DNA from: an uncultured delta proteobacterium
GTDB taxonomy: Bacteria; Myxococcota_A; UBA9160; SMWR01
Assembly (NCBI GenBank): GCA_963832165.1
Contig: CAWHTE010000004.1
Span: 1 to 64,000, forward strand
Length of the DNA stretch: 64,000 nucleotides
Direction of reading: 5' to 3'
Made by a program: the position numbers and the translations under genes. Positions within the stretch are counted from its first letter, which is position 1. Each line of letters opens with the position of its first letter. This document shows, piece by piece, positions 19,258 through 29,198 of this stretch. The notes under the pieces are model-generated. The model was not told the DNA's origin. It saw only the letters and a program-made list of their open reading frames with translations, and searched no databases.

Positions 19258-20214
19258 GGACCGCGCCTGAACGCCTCGGCGATGGTGGTGTTCGCGGAGG
19301 TCGTGGCGGCGGGAAGCTTCTCGGAGGCCGCCCGGCGGCTCGGCCTCTCGAACGCCTCGGTCAGCCGCGAGATCGCGCGCCTCGAGCGCCGGCTCGGCGC
19401 GCAGCTGATGCGCCGCACCACCCGCAAGATGAGCCTCACGGACGTGGGCGAGGCATTCCACGCGCGCTGCCAGCGGGTGGTGGAGGAGACCGAGGAGGCG
19501 GCCCAGTCGGTCGGAGCGTCACAGGCGGAGCCGCGCGGAGACATCCGGATCGCAGCTCCGATGACTTTCGGACAGCGCCAGCTCGCGCCGCGCCTGCCCG
19601 CGTTCCTCGAGCGCTACCCCGAAGTGCGCGTGCACGTCGACCTCATGGATCGCATGGTCGATCTCGTGAGCGAGCGCTTCGACCTCGCGGTCCGCATCAC
19701 GGCGCGGCTCGGCGACGCCACGCTCATGCAGCGGCGCCTGTGCCCGATCCGCTTCGTGGCGTGTGCCTCCCCGAGCTATCTGCGCGCGAACGGCGTGCCC
19801 GTGACCGTCGCCGATCTCTCGCGCCACAACTGTCTCAATCCGTCCGGGCTGCCCTGGCGCGGAATCCTGCGCGGGCATCTGTCGCCGCGCCGGCAGGGCT
19901 GGATCCAGGGAAACCTGAACCTCGACAACTCCGACGCGCTGCACCGCGTGGCGCTGCTCGGTCACGGGATCGTGTGTCTACCGACCTTCATCGCGGGCGA
20001 CGATCTGCGCGCGGGGCGCCTCGTGCGCGTGCTGCCCAAGCAGCTCGCGCTCGAGGTGAGCGCGTTCGCGATCCACCCGCACAGCCGACACCCGGCGCCC
20101 AAGGTGCGCGCGCTGATCGACTTCCTGGCCGCCTCGCTGGGTCCGCGGCCCGAGTGGGACCAGTACAAGAGCTCGCCGCGGGGGGTGCGCGCCTCCGCGA
20201 AGCGAAGCGCCTAG
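19237..20214 (+). CDS. LysR-family transcriptional regulator (CrgA-like)
   Basis: HTH 'FAEVVAAGSFSEAARRLG..ASVSREIARLERRLGAQLMRRTTR' plus substrate-binding domain; exact start uncertain. Confidence 0.92.
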   Translation: MFLVSKDGPRLNASAMVVFAEVVAAGSFSEAARRLGLSNASVSREIARLERRLGAQLMRRTTRKMSLTDVGEAFHARCQRVVEETEEAAQSVGASQAEPRGDIRIAAPMTFGQRQLAPRLPAFLERYPEVRVHVDLMDRMVDLVSERFDLAVRITARLGDATLMQRRLCPIRFVACASPSYLRANGVPVTVADLSRHNCLNPSGLPWRGILRGHLSPRRQGWIQGNLNLDNSDALHRVALLGHGIVCLPTFIAGDDLRAGRLVRVLPKQLALEVSAFAIHPHSRHPAPKVRALIDFLAASLGPRPEWDQYKSSPRGVRASAKRSA

Positions 20215-20297
20215 CCTTCGATCGGGGTCGAACCGCTTGCCCGACGCTCTCTCGACCGTATCGCTGCGCTAGGAGCGCCGGCCTCGCGCGGGATCCG

Positions 20298-20984
20298 TCA
20301 CGACGCCTTCGCCGGCTTGCACAGCGAAGCGATCGGGAACGACAGCGCCGCGCCCTTGCCCGCGGCGAGCGTCGGACGCCCGTCGGGATCGGGCCCGAAC
20401 AGCAGATCGAAGCCCTCGGCCTCGCCCGCGTCGAGGTTGACCAATGCGTGCGGCGCGAGCGGCATCGGCACCTCGAAGCGGAGCGTGGTCTCGCCCGTGG
20501 TGGCGTTGTACACGGTGAGATTGTGGAGCTTCGGCTGGTCGCCCCACTGCAGTACGAAGCGCGCGTGACGGCCCGCAGTCGTCTGGAGGATGCCGATCGC
20601 GCTGCCCTGGATCGGGAGCCGCAGCCCCGCCTTGCCGATCTGCGCGGCCGACGCCTCGTCGATCGATCCATCGATCGTCGAGACGAAGCTGCCCGGGCTG
20701 CGCAGCAGATCGCCCACGTAGAGCAGCGATTCGTCGGTGACCGCGCTGCAATCCTGCGCGCTCGCCGCGCGCGACGCGACGCCTTCTACGCCACGCCCGC
20801 TCGGGGCCCAGGCCTCGCCCCACTGATTCTCTTCGCGGTAGGTGACGTAGTCCGCGAATCCGGAGAGCGCGCCCTCGCCGGCGGCCATCCCCATGTCCTT
20901 CGCGAACTTGCCCCCGCTCTCACAGCCCGAAGCGATCGCGAGCGCGCCGATCGCGAGCCACGTGCCGTGCCGAATCCGAGTCAT
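20298..20984 (-). CDS. Hypothetical lipoprotein, last gene of the ydbH...ynbE operon
   Basis: Lipobox 'LAIASGC'; starts 4 nt after the upstream stop. Confidence 0.7.
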   Translation of the reverse strand: MTRIRHGTWLAIGALAIASGCESGGKFAKDMGMAAGEGALSGFADYVTYREENQWGEAWAPSGRGVEGVASRAASAQDCSAVTDESLLYVGDLLRSPGSFVSTIDGSIDEASAAQIGKAGLRLPIQGSAIGILQTTAGRHARFVLQWGDQPKLHNLTVYNATTGETTLRFEVPMPLAPHALVNLDAGEAEGFDLLFGPDPDGRPTLAAGKGAALSFPIASLCKPAKAS

Positions 20985-20988
20985 GCGT

Positions 20989-21525
20989 TCACCTCTTCGC
21001 GTTGTCGGGTTGATCGTGCACGACGACTTCGGTTGCGTCGGTCACCCGGATCCACGGTCCGTCCGGCGTCTGGACCCATTCACCGGGATCGGCCTCGTCG
21101 ATCCGATTCGCGCCCGCTGCCTTCTCGAGCTCCGCGATCGGCGCGCCGGTCTCCTTCGCGAGGTCCAGATACTCCGTGTGCCGGCGAGCGTTCAGGCGAT
21201 TCACGAGCGCGCGATCGATCGGATGCGGGTTCTGCGCGCGCAGGCCCAGGTAGCCGTTCGCCTGCTCGCCGACCGCGCCGCGCTGCTTGGCGGCGCGCAC
21301 GAGCTCGTCGTCGGCGGGCGCGGTGCTGCGCGAGGTCACGGGCGGGTTCTCCTCGGCCTGGATCATCTCGTCGACTTCGCGATCGACGCGCACGCGGACC
21401 TCGTGATAGAGGTCGATCTTGATCTCGATCGGCTTCTCGGTCTGGAGCGTCACGGTCGGCGAGGCGCAGGCGGACCCCCAGGCGATCGCGATCCCGGTCA
21501 CGAGACGCAGGCGCGCGCGCGTCAT
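20989..21525 (-). CDS. YnbE-like lipoprotein fused to YdbL (DUF1318) domain
   Basis: 'C..PTVTLQTEKPIEIKIDLYHEVRVRVDREVDEMI' (YnbE-like) followed by 'AAKQRGAVGEQANGYLG...NARR..EY..LA...GEWVQTPDGPW' (YdbL-like). Confidence 0.8.
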   Translation of the reverse strand: MTRARLRLVTGIAIAWGSACASPTVTLQTEKPIEIKIDLYHEVRVRVDREVDEMIQAEENPPVTSRSTAPADDELVRAAKQRGAVGEQANGYLGLRAQNPHPIDRALVNRLNARRHTEYLDLAKETGAPIAELEKAAGANRIDEADPGEWVQTPDGPWIRVTDATEVVVHDQPDNAKR

Positions 21526-21530
21526 GCCGC

Positions 21531-23372
21531 TCAGGTCCCCGCCTCATCCGGCGTCTTGGGAATCTCGTCGACGAAGATCACACCGGTGTCGTCGGATCCC
21601 TTCGCCTCGGCGGGCGGCGCGCCCTTGCGCAGCCACGTCACGCTGTAGTCGTACTTGTAGACATTGAGCGGCAGCGTGATTTCGATCTCCTTGCCGTCGA
21701 TCGGCTCGGTGATCGGGAGCGAGAGATCCTGGGAGCGCCGCCCATCGAAGAACGGGTATTCGACGTGTATTGCGAGCGCTCGGACGCCCTGAGCCTTCAG
21801 CGTCTCCGTATCCCCGACCAGCTGCACGGTGTTGCGCTTGTAGGGCGCGTACAGGTCGATCATGTTGATGTCGGTCTTGGTCCAGTCGGTCTCGTGCAGA
21901 CCGCCGCCCTTGAAGCTCCAGCGCGTGCGGTACTCGTACTCGAGCCACTTCGTGCGGTCGTCGTCGCCATTCCAGCCGTACACCATCCGGAAGTCGCGGC
22001 TCTCCTTGTTGAACGTGTTCCGATCGAGCACCACCTCGCGCATGGTCTGTGCGCCGTTCTGATGGGTCTTCCGCAGCGTCACCGTCACGGAGTTCACGTA
22101 CTTCTCGAACTCGGGAAGGATGGCGCCGTCGATGCCGACGTGGACCTCGCGCTGCTGGAACGCGGGGTCCGAGAGATTCACGGTGCGGAAGCGGTTCTTG
22201 TCGTCCTTGTAGCGCGTGTAGAGATCGCCGATGTTCGCGACCATCGTGGTGTTGCGGTCGATCGGGACCTGGTTGTTCATGTGGAAGACCGTGGTCCCCG
22301 ACTTCTTGAGCTCCTTCTTCTCGTACTGGAACGAGACCCCGACGAAGCTGCTCGAGGCCCGCGACAGCCCGCCCGTTCCGGCGCCTTGCGCGAAGTCGGC
22401 CGCCGCGCCCGCCTGCGGACTGCCGCCGGCGATCGCACCCAGCAGGCCGGAGATCATGCCCATGCCCTGGTCGGCTCCCTGCGGCTGCTTCTCGGGCTCG
22501 ACCTTCTTGAACATCACGTCGAGCAGCTTCGTGTTCACCTTCTCGAGCAGCGCCTCCATGTTCGGATGCGCGCCGCGCGTCACGAGCTTGATCGCCTGCG
22601 ACTTGTGCAGCTCCTGGAAACCCTTCTCGATGTCAGCCGAGATGAATTTCGCGACCGTGACGCCGCCGCCCATCGTCTCGTTCTTCTCGACCTCCGTCCA
22701 GTCGACGGTCAGCGTCGCGTCGTAGGCATCCGTGAGCCCGGTGAACGTCATGTCGTACACGATCGAGATGTCGGGCGTGGCCATCTGGAAGCTCTCGAGC
22801 AGGAGCTTCGACTGCTCGGGCGTCACGTCGAACGAGAAGGCGACCTCGTTGCCCTCGAACACCGGCGCGTTGCCCATGCCGAGCAGCTGGGTCTCCTTCT
22901 TCTCCTTGCCGCCCTTCATGCGCAAGATCGACGACACCAGCACGTAGCGCCCGCTCTTGAAGATCACGGGCCCGCGCAGCACCACCTCTTCCGCGTCCTT
23001 CTGGTCGCGCGTGGCGACGAGGCGCCGCAGCGCGCGCTCCGCGCGTCGCACCAGCTCCTCGGGCGTCTCGTAGGTGGCCATCAGCGTCACGATGCCGCCG
23101 CCGTCGGCGCTCGTGATGCCCTTGCTGTCGCCCTCCGCGGCCGGGCGGTTGATCACGTAACGCAGGAACGAGAAGACCGGCGCGCCGCTCGCATCGCTCG
23201 CGAGCCGCGCCGTCTGCGGGATGTAGTACCAGTGCTTCGGGTCCGTCGCGGACGGGAAGCACCACATGCCCTCCACGCGCGCGCCCTGGTCGATCAGGAT
23301 CTGCTGGGCTCGCGCGGGGCTGCCGAGCCCGAGCACGAGCAGGAGCGCCGCGATCGCCACGCGCCGGTTCAT
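21531..23372 (-). CDS. Secreted hypothetical protein, paralogue family A copy 1
   Basis: Start MNRRVAIAALLL (ATG 23372), signal peptide; motifs WYYIP..FSFLRY, GNAPVFEG, ATPDIS, FRTVNLSDPAF, YGWNGDDDR. Confidence 0.85.
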   Translation of the reverse strand: MNRRVAIAALLLVLGLGSPARAQQILIDQGARVEGMWCFPSATDPKHWYYIPQTARLASDASGAPVFSFLRYVINRPAAEGDSKGITSADGGGIVTLMATYETPEELVRRAERALRRLVATRDQKDAEEVVLRGPVIFKSGRYVLVSSILRMKGGKEKKETQLLGMGNAPVFEGNEVAFSFDVTPEQSKLLLESFQMATPDISIVYDMTFTGLTDAYDATLTVDWTEVEKNETMGGGVTVAKFISADIEKGFQELHKSQAIKLVTRGAHPNMEALLEKVNTKLLDVMFKKVEPEKQPQGADQGMGMISGLLGAIAGGSPQAGAAADFAQGAGTGGLSRASSSFVGVSFQYEKKELKKSGTTVFHMNNQVPIDRNTTMVANIGDLYTRYKDDKNRFRTVNLSDPAFQQREVHVGIDGAILPEFEKYVNSVTVTLRKTHQNGAQTMREVVLDRNTFNKESRDFRMVYGWNGDDDRTKWLEYEYRTRWSFKGGGLHETDWTKTDINMIDLYAPYKRNTVQLVGDTETLKAQGVRALAIHVEYPFFDGRRSQDLSLPITEPIDGKEIEITLPLNVYKYDYSVTWLRKGAPPAEAKGSDDTGVIFVDEIPKTPDEAGT

Positions 23373-25210
23373 CGCGCTCCCTCCGCGAGCGGGACCGCCG
23401 CGGACGTCGCTGCGGGCGCGGCCGGCAGCTCGTCGACGAACAGCACGAACGTCTTGTCGGTGCCCTGGGCCGTGCGATTGCCACCGGTCCCGATCCACGT
23501 GACGTCCCAGTGATACTCCGTCGCGTCGAGCGGCATGGTCAGCTCGATCTTCTTGTCGTCGATCGGTTGGTCCGCGCGCAGCGTGATCTTGTCGCTCTTG
23601 CGCCCTTCGAAGAACGGGTAGTCCACCTTCACCACCACAGCGCGCACGCCCTCCGCCTTGAGCGATTCGCTGTCGCCGTAGATCCGCAGCACGCGGCGCT
23701 TGTACGGCGCGTAGAGGTCGATCATGTTCGCCTCCGCGGTCGTCCACTCGGTCTCGTGCTTGCCGCCCCCCTTGAAGCTCCAGCGCGTCCGGTACTCGTA
23801 CTGGAGCCACTTCGTCCGATCGTCGTCGCCCGACCAGCCGTAGATCATCCGGAAGTCGTTCTTGGTCTTCTTGAACGTCTCGCGATCCACGACGACCTCC
23901 TGCACGGTCATCTTGCCGTCCTGGTGCTGCTTGCGGAGCACGGTCGTCACGCTGTTGATGTAGGCGTCGAACTCGGGGAGGATCGCGCCGTCGATGCCGA
24001 CGTGGATCTCGCGCTGCTCGAACGCGGGGTCGGCGAGATTCACGGTGCGGAACATCCGCGTCTCGCTGCCGTACTTGCTCCAGAGATCGGCGACGTTGAA
24101 GCCGATCGTGGTCACGCGCGTCACGGGCGACTGACCCGTCATGCTGAGCGTGGTCGTGCCCGTGCGCCGGATGTTCTTCGATTTGTAGCCCGCGCTGATC
24201 CCGACGAACGGCAGCGGCTTGCGCCCGTACGCGTCGGTCTTCCCCTGGCGCCAGTTCGATCCCGCCTGCGCGAGGCGCTGCTCCGGCGAGCCCTGCGTGT
24301 ATGTCTCGCCGGTGGTCTGGTCGATCGCGACCGGCTCGAACATCAGCTCCATGAGCTTGTTGGTGACCTTGTCGAGCAGCGCTTCCATGTTCGCATTCGC
24401 GCCGCGCGTCTTCAGCTCGATGGCCTTGTTCTGGATCAGCTCGTCGCGCATCTGCCCGAAGCCGCCGCCGGCGCCGACGTAGAAGAGCGGGATCTCGGCC
24501 TTCACGCCGAACGCCTCGTGCTTCTGCACGTCGTCCCACTTGATGACGAGGTCGGCGTCGAACGAGTCGGTCAGGCCCTCGAGCGTCATCTCGAAGATCA
24601 GCGAGATGTCGGGCGTCGCCATCTTCAGGCTCTCGAGCAGCAGTGTGGCGCGGTCCGGCGGCAGGTCGAACGAGAGCGCGATCTGACTGCCCTCGAGCAC
24701 CGGCGCGTTGCCGGTCGCGAGCAGCCGCGGCTCCTCGCTGCCGCCGGGATTGATGATCGCCGAGACCAGCGCGTACTTGCCCTCCTTGAAGATCACCGGG
24801 CCGCGCAGCTTCACGTCCTCGGGCTTCGCGCCCTTCTCGCCCTTTTCGGCCGCGATCCGCTGCAGCGCGCGCTCCGCGCGGCGGACCAGGTCCTCGGGCG
24901 TGTCGTAGGTGACGAGGAAGTGCACCACGCCGCCGCCCTCGGCCTGCGTGATGCCCTTGCTCGAATCGGCCTCGCTCGAGCTGGCCTTGTTGATCACGTA
25001 GCGGATGAACGAGATCGCAGGGAGGCCGGAGTCGCCGATCACGAGCCGCGCAGAGCTCGGCACGTAGTAGTAGTGGAGCGGGTTCACCGCCGAAGGGAAC
25101 ACCCAGAGACCCTCGACGCGCGCGCCCTGGTCGAGCAGGATCTGCTGGGCGCCGGCCCCGAGCGGCCAGGCGAGCATCAGCAGCGCGGCAAGCGCTCTCG
25201 CGATCGACAT
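23369..25210 (-). CDS. Secreted hypothetical protein, family A copy 2 (closest to copy 1)
   Basis: Signal peptide then QQILLDQGARVEG; same motifs as copy 1; ATGA overlap. Confidence 0.88.
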   Translation of the reverse strand: MSIARALAALLMLAWPLGAGAQQILLDQGARVEGLWVFPSAVNPLHYYYVPSSARLVIGDSGLPAISFIRYVINKASSSEADSSKGITQAEGGGVVHFLVTYDTPEDLVRRAERALQRIAAEKGEKGAKPEDVKLRGPVIFKEGKYALVSAIINPGGSEEPRLLATGNAPVLEGSQIALSFDLPPDRATLLLESLKMATPDISLIFEMTLEGLTDSFDADLVIKWDDVQKHEAFGVKAEIPLFYVGAGGGFGQMRDELIQNKAIELKTRGANANMEALLDKVTNKLMELMFEPVAIDQTTGETYTQGSPEQRLAQAGSNWRQGKTDAYGRKPLPFVGISAGYKSKNIRRTGTTTLSMTGQSPVTRVTTIGFNVADLWSKYGSETRMFRTVNLADPAFEQREIHVGIDGAILPEFDAYINSVTTVLRKQHQDGKMTVQEVVVDRETFKKTKNDFRMIYGWSGDDDRTKWLQYEYRTRWSFKGGGKHETEWTTAEANMIDLYAPYKRRVLRIYGDSESLKAEGVRAVVVKVDYPFFEGRKSDKITLRADQPIDDKKIELTMPLDATEYHWDVTWIGTGGNRTAQGTDKTFVLFVDELPAAPAATSAAVPLAEGAR

Positions 25211-25242
25211 CGAACCCCCCGTCTCGGATTGCCGCGTCCGCG

Positions 25243-27369
25243 TCAGTCGGCGTTCGCGAACAGCTCCTCGAATTGGTCGAGGATCTTCTCCGCGCCCACC
25301 TGCCCGAGCTTCTTGGCCGCCTGTTTCGCCTGCTCGCGCGGATCTCCCGCCACGAGAATCTCCTCGGGCAGCGTCGCGTACACGTAACGCTCACCGATTC
25401 CGGTGCGCCAGCCGTCTCTGCATTTCCCGGCGATGCCCGATCGGCAGGGCACCACCATGCGCCCTTCGGTCTTGTGATGGACGATCATCCGGTAGGCGAA
25501 CCCGCGCGTGCCGCGGTCCACGAAGATCGGCTGCGACTTGATCGGCTGACCGTCGCGCGGCGTCAGCGCGATGATGGTGAACGCCTCCTTGCCGAACAGC
25601 GGGTAGTGGAACTCGAGCGAGACGCGCGCGATGTCGCTCGCCGCCATCTGCTCGACGTCGCCTTCCGCCTCGATCACCCAGCGCTCCACGGGCGGCGCCA
25701 GCGTCACCCCCTCCCAGTTGCCGCGGATCCAGCGCGCGTTGGCCGGGAAGATGTTGCCCCCCTTGAGGCTCCACTGCGTCTGGTACTGGTAGAGCTCTGA
25801 GTTCTTGTCCTCGCCGCGCGCATAGCTGATCGATGCCGCGATGCCCTTGCTCTTCAGGTACTCCGCATCGATCGTGACGCTGTCGTTGAACTCGGGCATG
25901 TCGGAGCGCGGCTTCTTCACGTTGATCGTCACGTAGTTGACGAGCTGGTCGAACAGCTCCTTGGCCTCGAGGTCGAGGATGAAGCGGATGTCGCGGTGCT
26001 GGAAGAACGGATCGTTCAGGTTCACCATCTGCACGCAGTTCTTGTTGTCCTTCACGCCGTTGTACCAGCTCGCGAGATTGCCGACGACGGTGAAGCGCTT
26101 GCGCACGGCCAGGCCGGCGTCGAGGTAGATCGTCTTGCGCTTCGAGGCGAAGAGCGACTGCCACTTGGTGCGATTGTAGGTGACCTGGCGGTAGTCCCCT
26201 TCCTCCATCTCCTTCTTCAGGTCCTTCCCCTTCTCGTCGCCGTCCTCGTCCTCGTCGTCGGGAAGCGCGATGTCCTCGCCCTCGTCGCTGCTCGTGAGGC
26301 TCTCGGTGAAGAAGTCGAGCATCGCGTCGAGCACGGCGCCGACGTACTTGTTGTCCGGCTGAAGCCCCTCGAACTTCATGTAGATGACCTGGTTCTCGAC
26401 CATGCTGTTGAACATGTTCTGCGTGTGCTGCTCGGTGTAGGTCTCCTCCTCGTCCCAGCAGATGAGCCACCAGTCGTCGCAGGATTCGGTCGACGTCGCG
26501 GACTGGTGCTCGCTCTCGTACATCGTCTGCATCTTGCTCCAGTCGAAGATGATCTCGCCGCGCGCGGCGGGCAGCATCACGTCGTAGGCGAAGTCGAGCT
26601 CCACCGAGAGGTCCGCGATCGACTTCGCCTTCTCGACCGTCGACAGGAAGAGCTGGGCGCCGTTCGCGGTCATGTTGGCGGCCGCGGCGACCTTGCCTCC
26701 CGGCAGGAGCGGCGCGTGCCCGGACTGCACGAGCGACTTCGTCATCGTGTTGTCGCTGAGCGTGCCCGAGATGATCTTGAACGAGTTCTTCTCGTCGCCC
26801 TCGACGAGATCGGCGGCGCCCGCCAGGACACCCTGACCATCCGTCGCCGCGGTGACCTTGGTTTTGAGGTCGCGCTCCTGGTCCGGCGTGAGGCCCCACT
26901 CCATCAGCATGTGCATGAGACCGCCCTGCGTTCCGCCGGCGTCCGCTTTGGCGTCGGTCGTGTACCGGACGAACAGGAACTCGGGCGTGCCGTCGGGGCG
27001 CATCCCGAGGCGGATCTGGGGCGGCAGGTAGTAGTACTTGATCTGCCCGCCGGCCCGGGGCCGCACGGCCGAGGCGGCGAGCTCTTTCAGGAGCGCACTC
27101 GGACCGCGCGTGATGACGGAGTTGCCGGGCCGGAACGGCTGCGGGCGGGAATGCTGGATCGGTGCCGGCGTGCCTTCGTTGGCCTCCCCGCGCGCTGCAA
27201 TCTTGCTCTGGTACTCGCCGTACAGGACCACGTTGACGCCATCTTTGAGCGTGACGGTGATCTTCTTGTCCCCGTCCATGACGGCGTGTGCGGGTGCGGC
27301 CCAGAGCGCCGCGGCGGCGATCGCGAGAGCGACGAGCGCTCGGCAGGTCGGGTTCGATCTCGTTCGCAT
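25243..27369 (-). CDS. Secreted hypothetical protein, family A copy 3
   Basis: Start MRTRSNPTC (ATG 27369, AGGAG SD); YYYLPP..FLFVRY, GHAPLLPG, VNLNDPFF, YQYQTQWSLKGG. Confidence 0.85.
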   Translation of the reverse strand: MRTRSNPTCRALVALAIAAAALWAAPAHAVMDGDKKITVTLKDGVNVVLYGEYQSKIAARGEANEGTPAPIQHSRPQPFRPGNSVITRGPSALLKELAASAVRPRAGGQIKYYYLPPQIRLGMRPDGTPEFLFVRYTTDAKADAGGTQGGLMHMLMEWGLTPDQERDLKTKVTAATDGQGVLAGAADLVEGDEKNSFKIISGTLSDNTMTKSLVQSGHAPLLPGGKVAAAANMTANGAQLFLSTVEKAKSIADLSVELDFAYDVMLPAARGEIIFDWSKMQTMYESEHQSATSTESCDDWWLICWDEEETYTEQHTQNMFNSMVENQVIYMKFEGLQPDNKYVGAVLDAMLDFFTESLTSSDEGEDIALPDDEDEDGDEKGKDLKKEMEEGDYRQVTYNRTKWQSLFASKRKTIYLDAGLAVRKRFTVVGNLASWYNGVKDNKNCVQMVNLNDPFFQHRDIRFILDLEAKELFDQLVNYVTINVKKPRSDMPEFNDSVTIDAEYLKSKGIAASISYARGEDKNSELYQYQTQWSLKGGNIFPANARWIRGNWEGVTLAPPVERWVIEAEGDVEQMAASDIARVSLEFHYPLFGKEAFTIIALTPRDGQPIKSQPIFVDRGTRGFAYRMIVHHKTEGRMVVPCRSGIAGKCRDGWRTGIGERYVYATLPEEILVAGDPREQAKQAAKKLGQVGAEKILDQFEELFANAD

Positions 27370-27386
27370 CGTCGGCGTTCTCCTTG

Positions 27387-29198
27387 TCAGGGTTGGGTCG
27401 GCGCGTCGCCGTCGGGCTTCGGCTCCGGCGGGAGCACCAGCAGATAGTCGCCCTCGAGGCCCGCCGGCATTCCGCGCTGCTGGCCCTTCCTCGAGTACCA
27501 CGTCACGCGCCAGCCGATCGGGCGCTCGCGATCGTGATACACGGACACGGTCTTGCGCAGGTCGCTGTCGCTCGCGCGCAGCAGCGCCTTGCGCTGGAGC
27601 TGCGGCTTGCCGACGAGCGGGGTCGCAAACTCCACGACGGCCGTCATGATTCCGGCTTCCCTGAGCAGCGCGGGATCGGAGTCGATGTCGACGATGCGGC
27701 GTTCGAAGGGCGGCACCAGCGACACGGCCGGGTCCTCGGTCGGGATCCACTTGTCTTCTTCGGCTGGCACGCCGACGGTCGGCCGGTCGCGCACGCTCCA
27801 TCGCACCTGGTACTCGTAGCCGCGCCAGTCCTTCTCGGAGGCGCCGAGCCGCGGATACTCGATCTGCTTGACGGTGCGGCCGTTCTTGACGTCGTCGTGC
27901 GTGAACACCACCGACTCGGTGAAGGCCGGCTGGTCGGCGTAGGTCTTGCGGAAGTTGACCGACACGAAGTTGATCGTGTCCTGGAACGAGTCGAGGTAGT
28001 TGCCGTCGACCTGGAAGTGGACCTGGCGCTTCTCGAACGCGGTGTCGGCCAGGTTCACGACGCGGAAATAGCGCTGATCGTTCTTGAAGTCGGCGTAGAT
28101 CCCGCCGAGATTGCCCGACGAGTCGACCGGCACGCGGATCGTCGAGGACAGCGAGAGGTTCAGCGAGAACGAGTTGCGCGTGATGTCCTTGCGCTTCTTG
28201 AGCACGTACTGGTCGTCGGTCACGTACTCCTGGTTGCCGGTGCCCGCGAAGAACTTGGCGAACCCGCCGCGCTCCTGACGCCGCGCGATCTGCTCGCCCT
28301 CCACCGCCACTTCCTTCTCGGGAGCCACCGCCCAGCCGGCTTCCGCGTCGAACATCAAGTCGGTGAGCTTGGTGGTCACGATGTCGACGATCCCCTGCAT
28401 CGCTCCGGCGTCGATGCCGAGCCCTTTCGAGCGGTCGACGACCTCGATCGTGATGCCGCCGCTGCGGGTCAGCTCGTCGGTGATCTGGCGCAGCTCGCGC
28501 TTCTTGTAGCCGCGCTGCTTGTTCTGGAAGCGGCTGAAGTGCTCGTACACGACGTCCATGTTGGCGGTGACCTTGGCGTTGTAGGCCTTCACCGCGGCTT
28601 CGTAGTAGCCGGTGATCGCGACCGACACGTCCGAGGTCGGCGAGTTGAGCGTGTCCCACAAGAGCGTGGCGCCTTCCTGGTTCAGCATCGCCGCCACCAC
28701 CGCCTTCGAGCCCGGCGTGAGAGGCGCGCGGCCCGAGGTCACCAGCTTGCGCGTGAAGCCGCCTTCGCCGCTGTCCGCGAGCGTCGCCGACACCACGCGG
28801 AACGAGCCGAGCCCCTGGTTGCCGTCCTCGGTCGCCTGCTGCAGCGGCACCGGCCCGCGCAGCTTCGCTCCGCCGTGCTCCTTGTCGAGCTTGGCCTGGA
28901 GCGCGGCCACCTGCTTGGGAGGCAGCGTGAACTCGACGAGCGCGTGGAAGAGGCCGCCGCTCGCCTTGCCCGCCTGGCCGACGTACTTGAGGCAGAGGAA
29001 CTCGAGCGTCTCGCCGTCTTCCTTGGTGGCCAGGCGCGGAAACTGCGGCAGGTAGTAGTAGGACGAGTCGTCGTTGGCGTCCTGGAGCAGCTGCACGCCG
29101 TCGATGATCAGCCCGCCCTCGTCGTACTTCACGAGCGCCGCCGCGGGCGCGGCGAGTGCGGCCGCCAGCAGCGCGACGATCCCCCCGGCACACTTCAT
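27387..29198 (-). CDS. Secreted hypothetical protein, family A copy 4
   Basis: Signal peptide; YYYLPQFPRLA..FLCLKY, GRAPLTPG, FRVVNLADTAF, YEYQVRWS. Confidence 0.88.
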   Translation of the reverse strand: MKCAGGIVALLAAALAAPAAALVKYDEGGLIIDGVQLLQDANDDSSYYYLPQFPRLATKEDGETLEFLCLKYVGQAGKASGGLFHALVEFTLPPKQVAALQAKLDKEHGGAKLRGPVPLQQATEDGNQGLGSFRVVSATLADSGEGGFTRKLVTSGRAPLTPGSKAVVAAMLNQEGATLLWDTLNSPTSDVSVAITGYYEAAVKAYNAKVTANMDVVYEHFSRFQNKQRGYKKRELRQITDELTRSGGITIEVVDRSKGLGIDAGAMQGIVDIVTTKLTDLMFDAEAGWAVAPEKEVAVEGEQIARRQERGGFAKFFAGTGNQEYVTDDQYVLKKRKDITRNSFSLNLSLSSTIRVPVDSSGNLGGIYADFKNDQRYFRVVNLADTAFEKRQVHFQVDGNYLDSFQDTINFVSVNFRKTYADQPAFTESVVFTHDDVKNGRTVKQIEYPRLGASEKDWRGYEYQVRWSVRDRPTVGVPAEEDKWIPTEDPAVSLVPPFERRIVDIDSDPALLREAGIMTAVVEFATPLVGKPQLQRKALLRASDSDLRKTVSVYHDRERPIGWRVTWYSRKGQQRGMPAGLEGDYLLVLPPEPKPDGDAPTQP

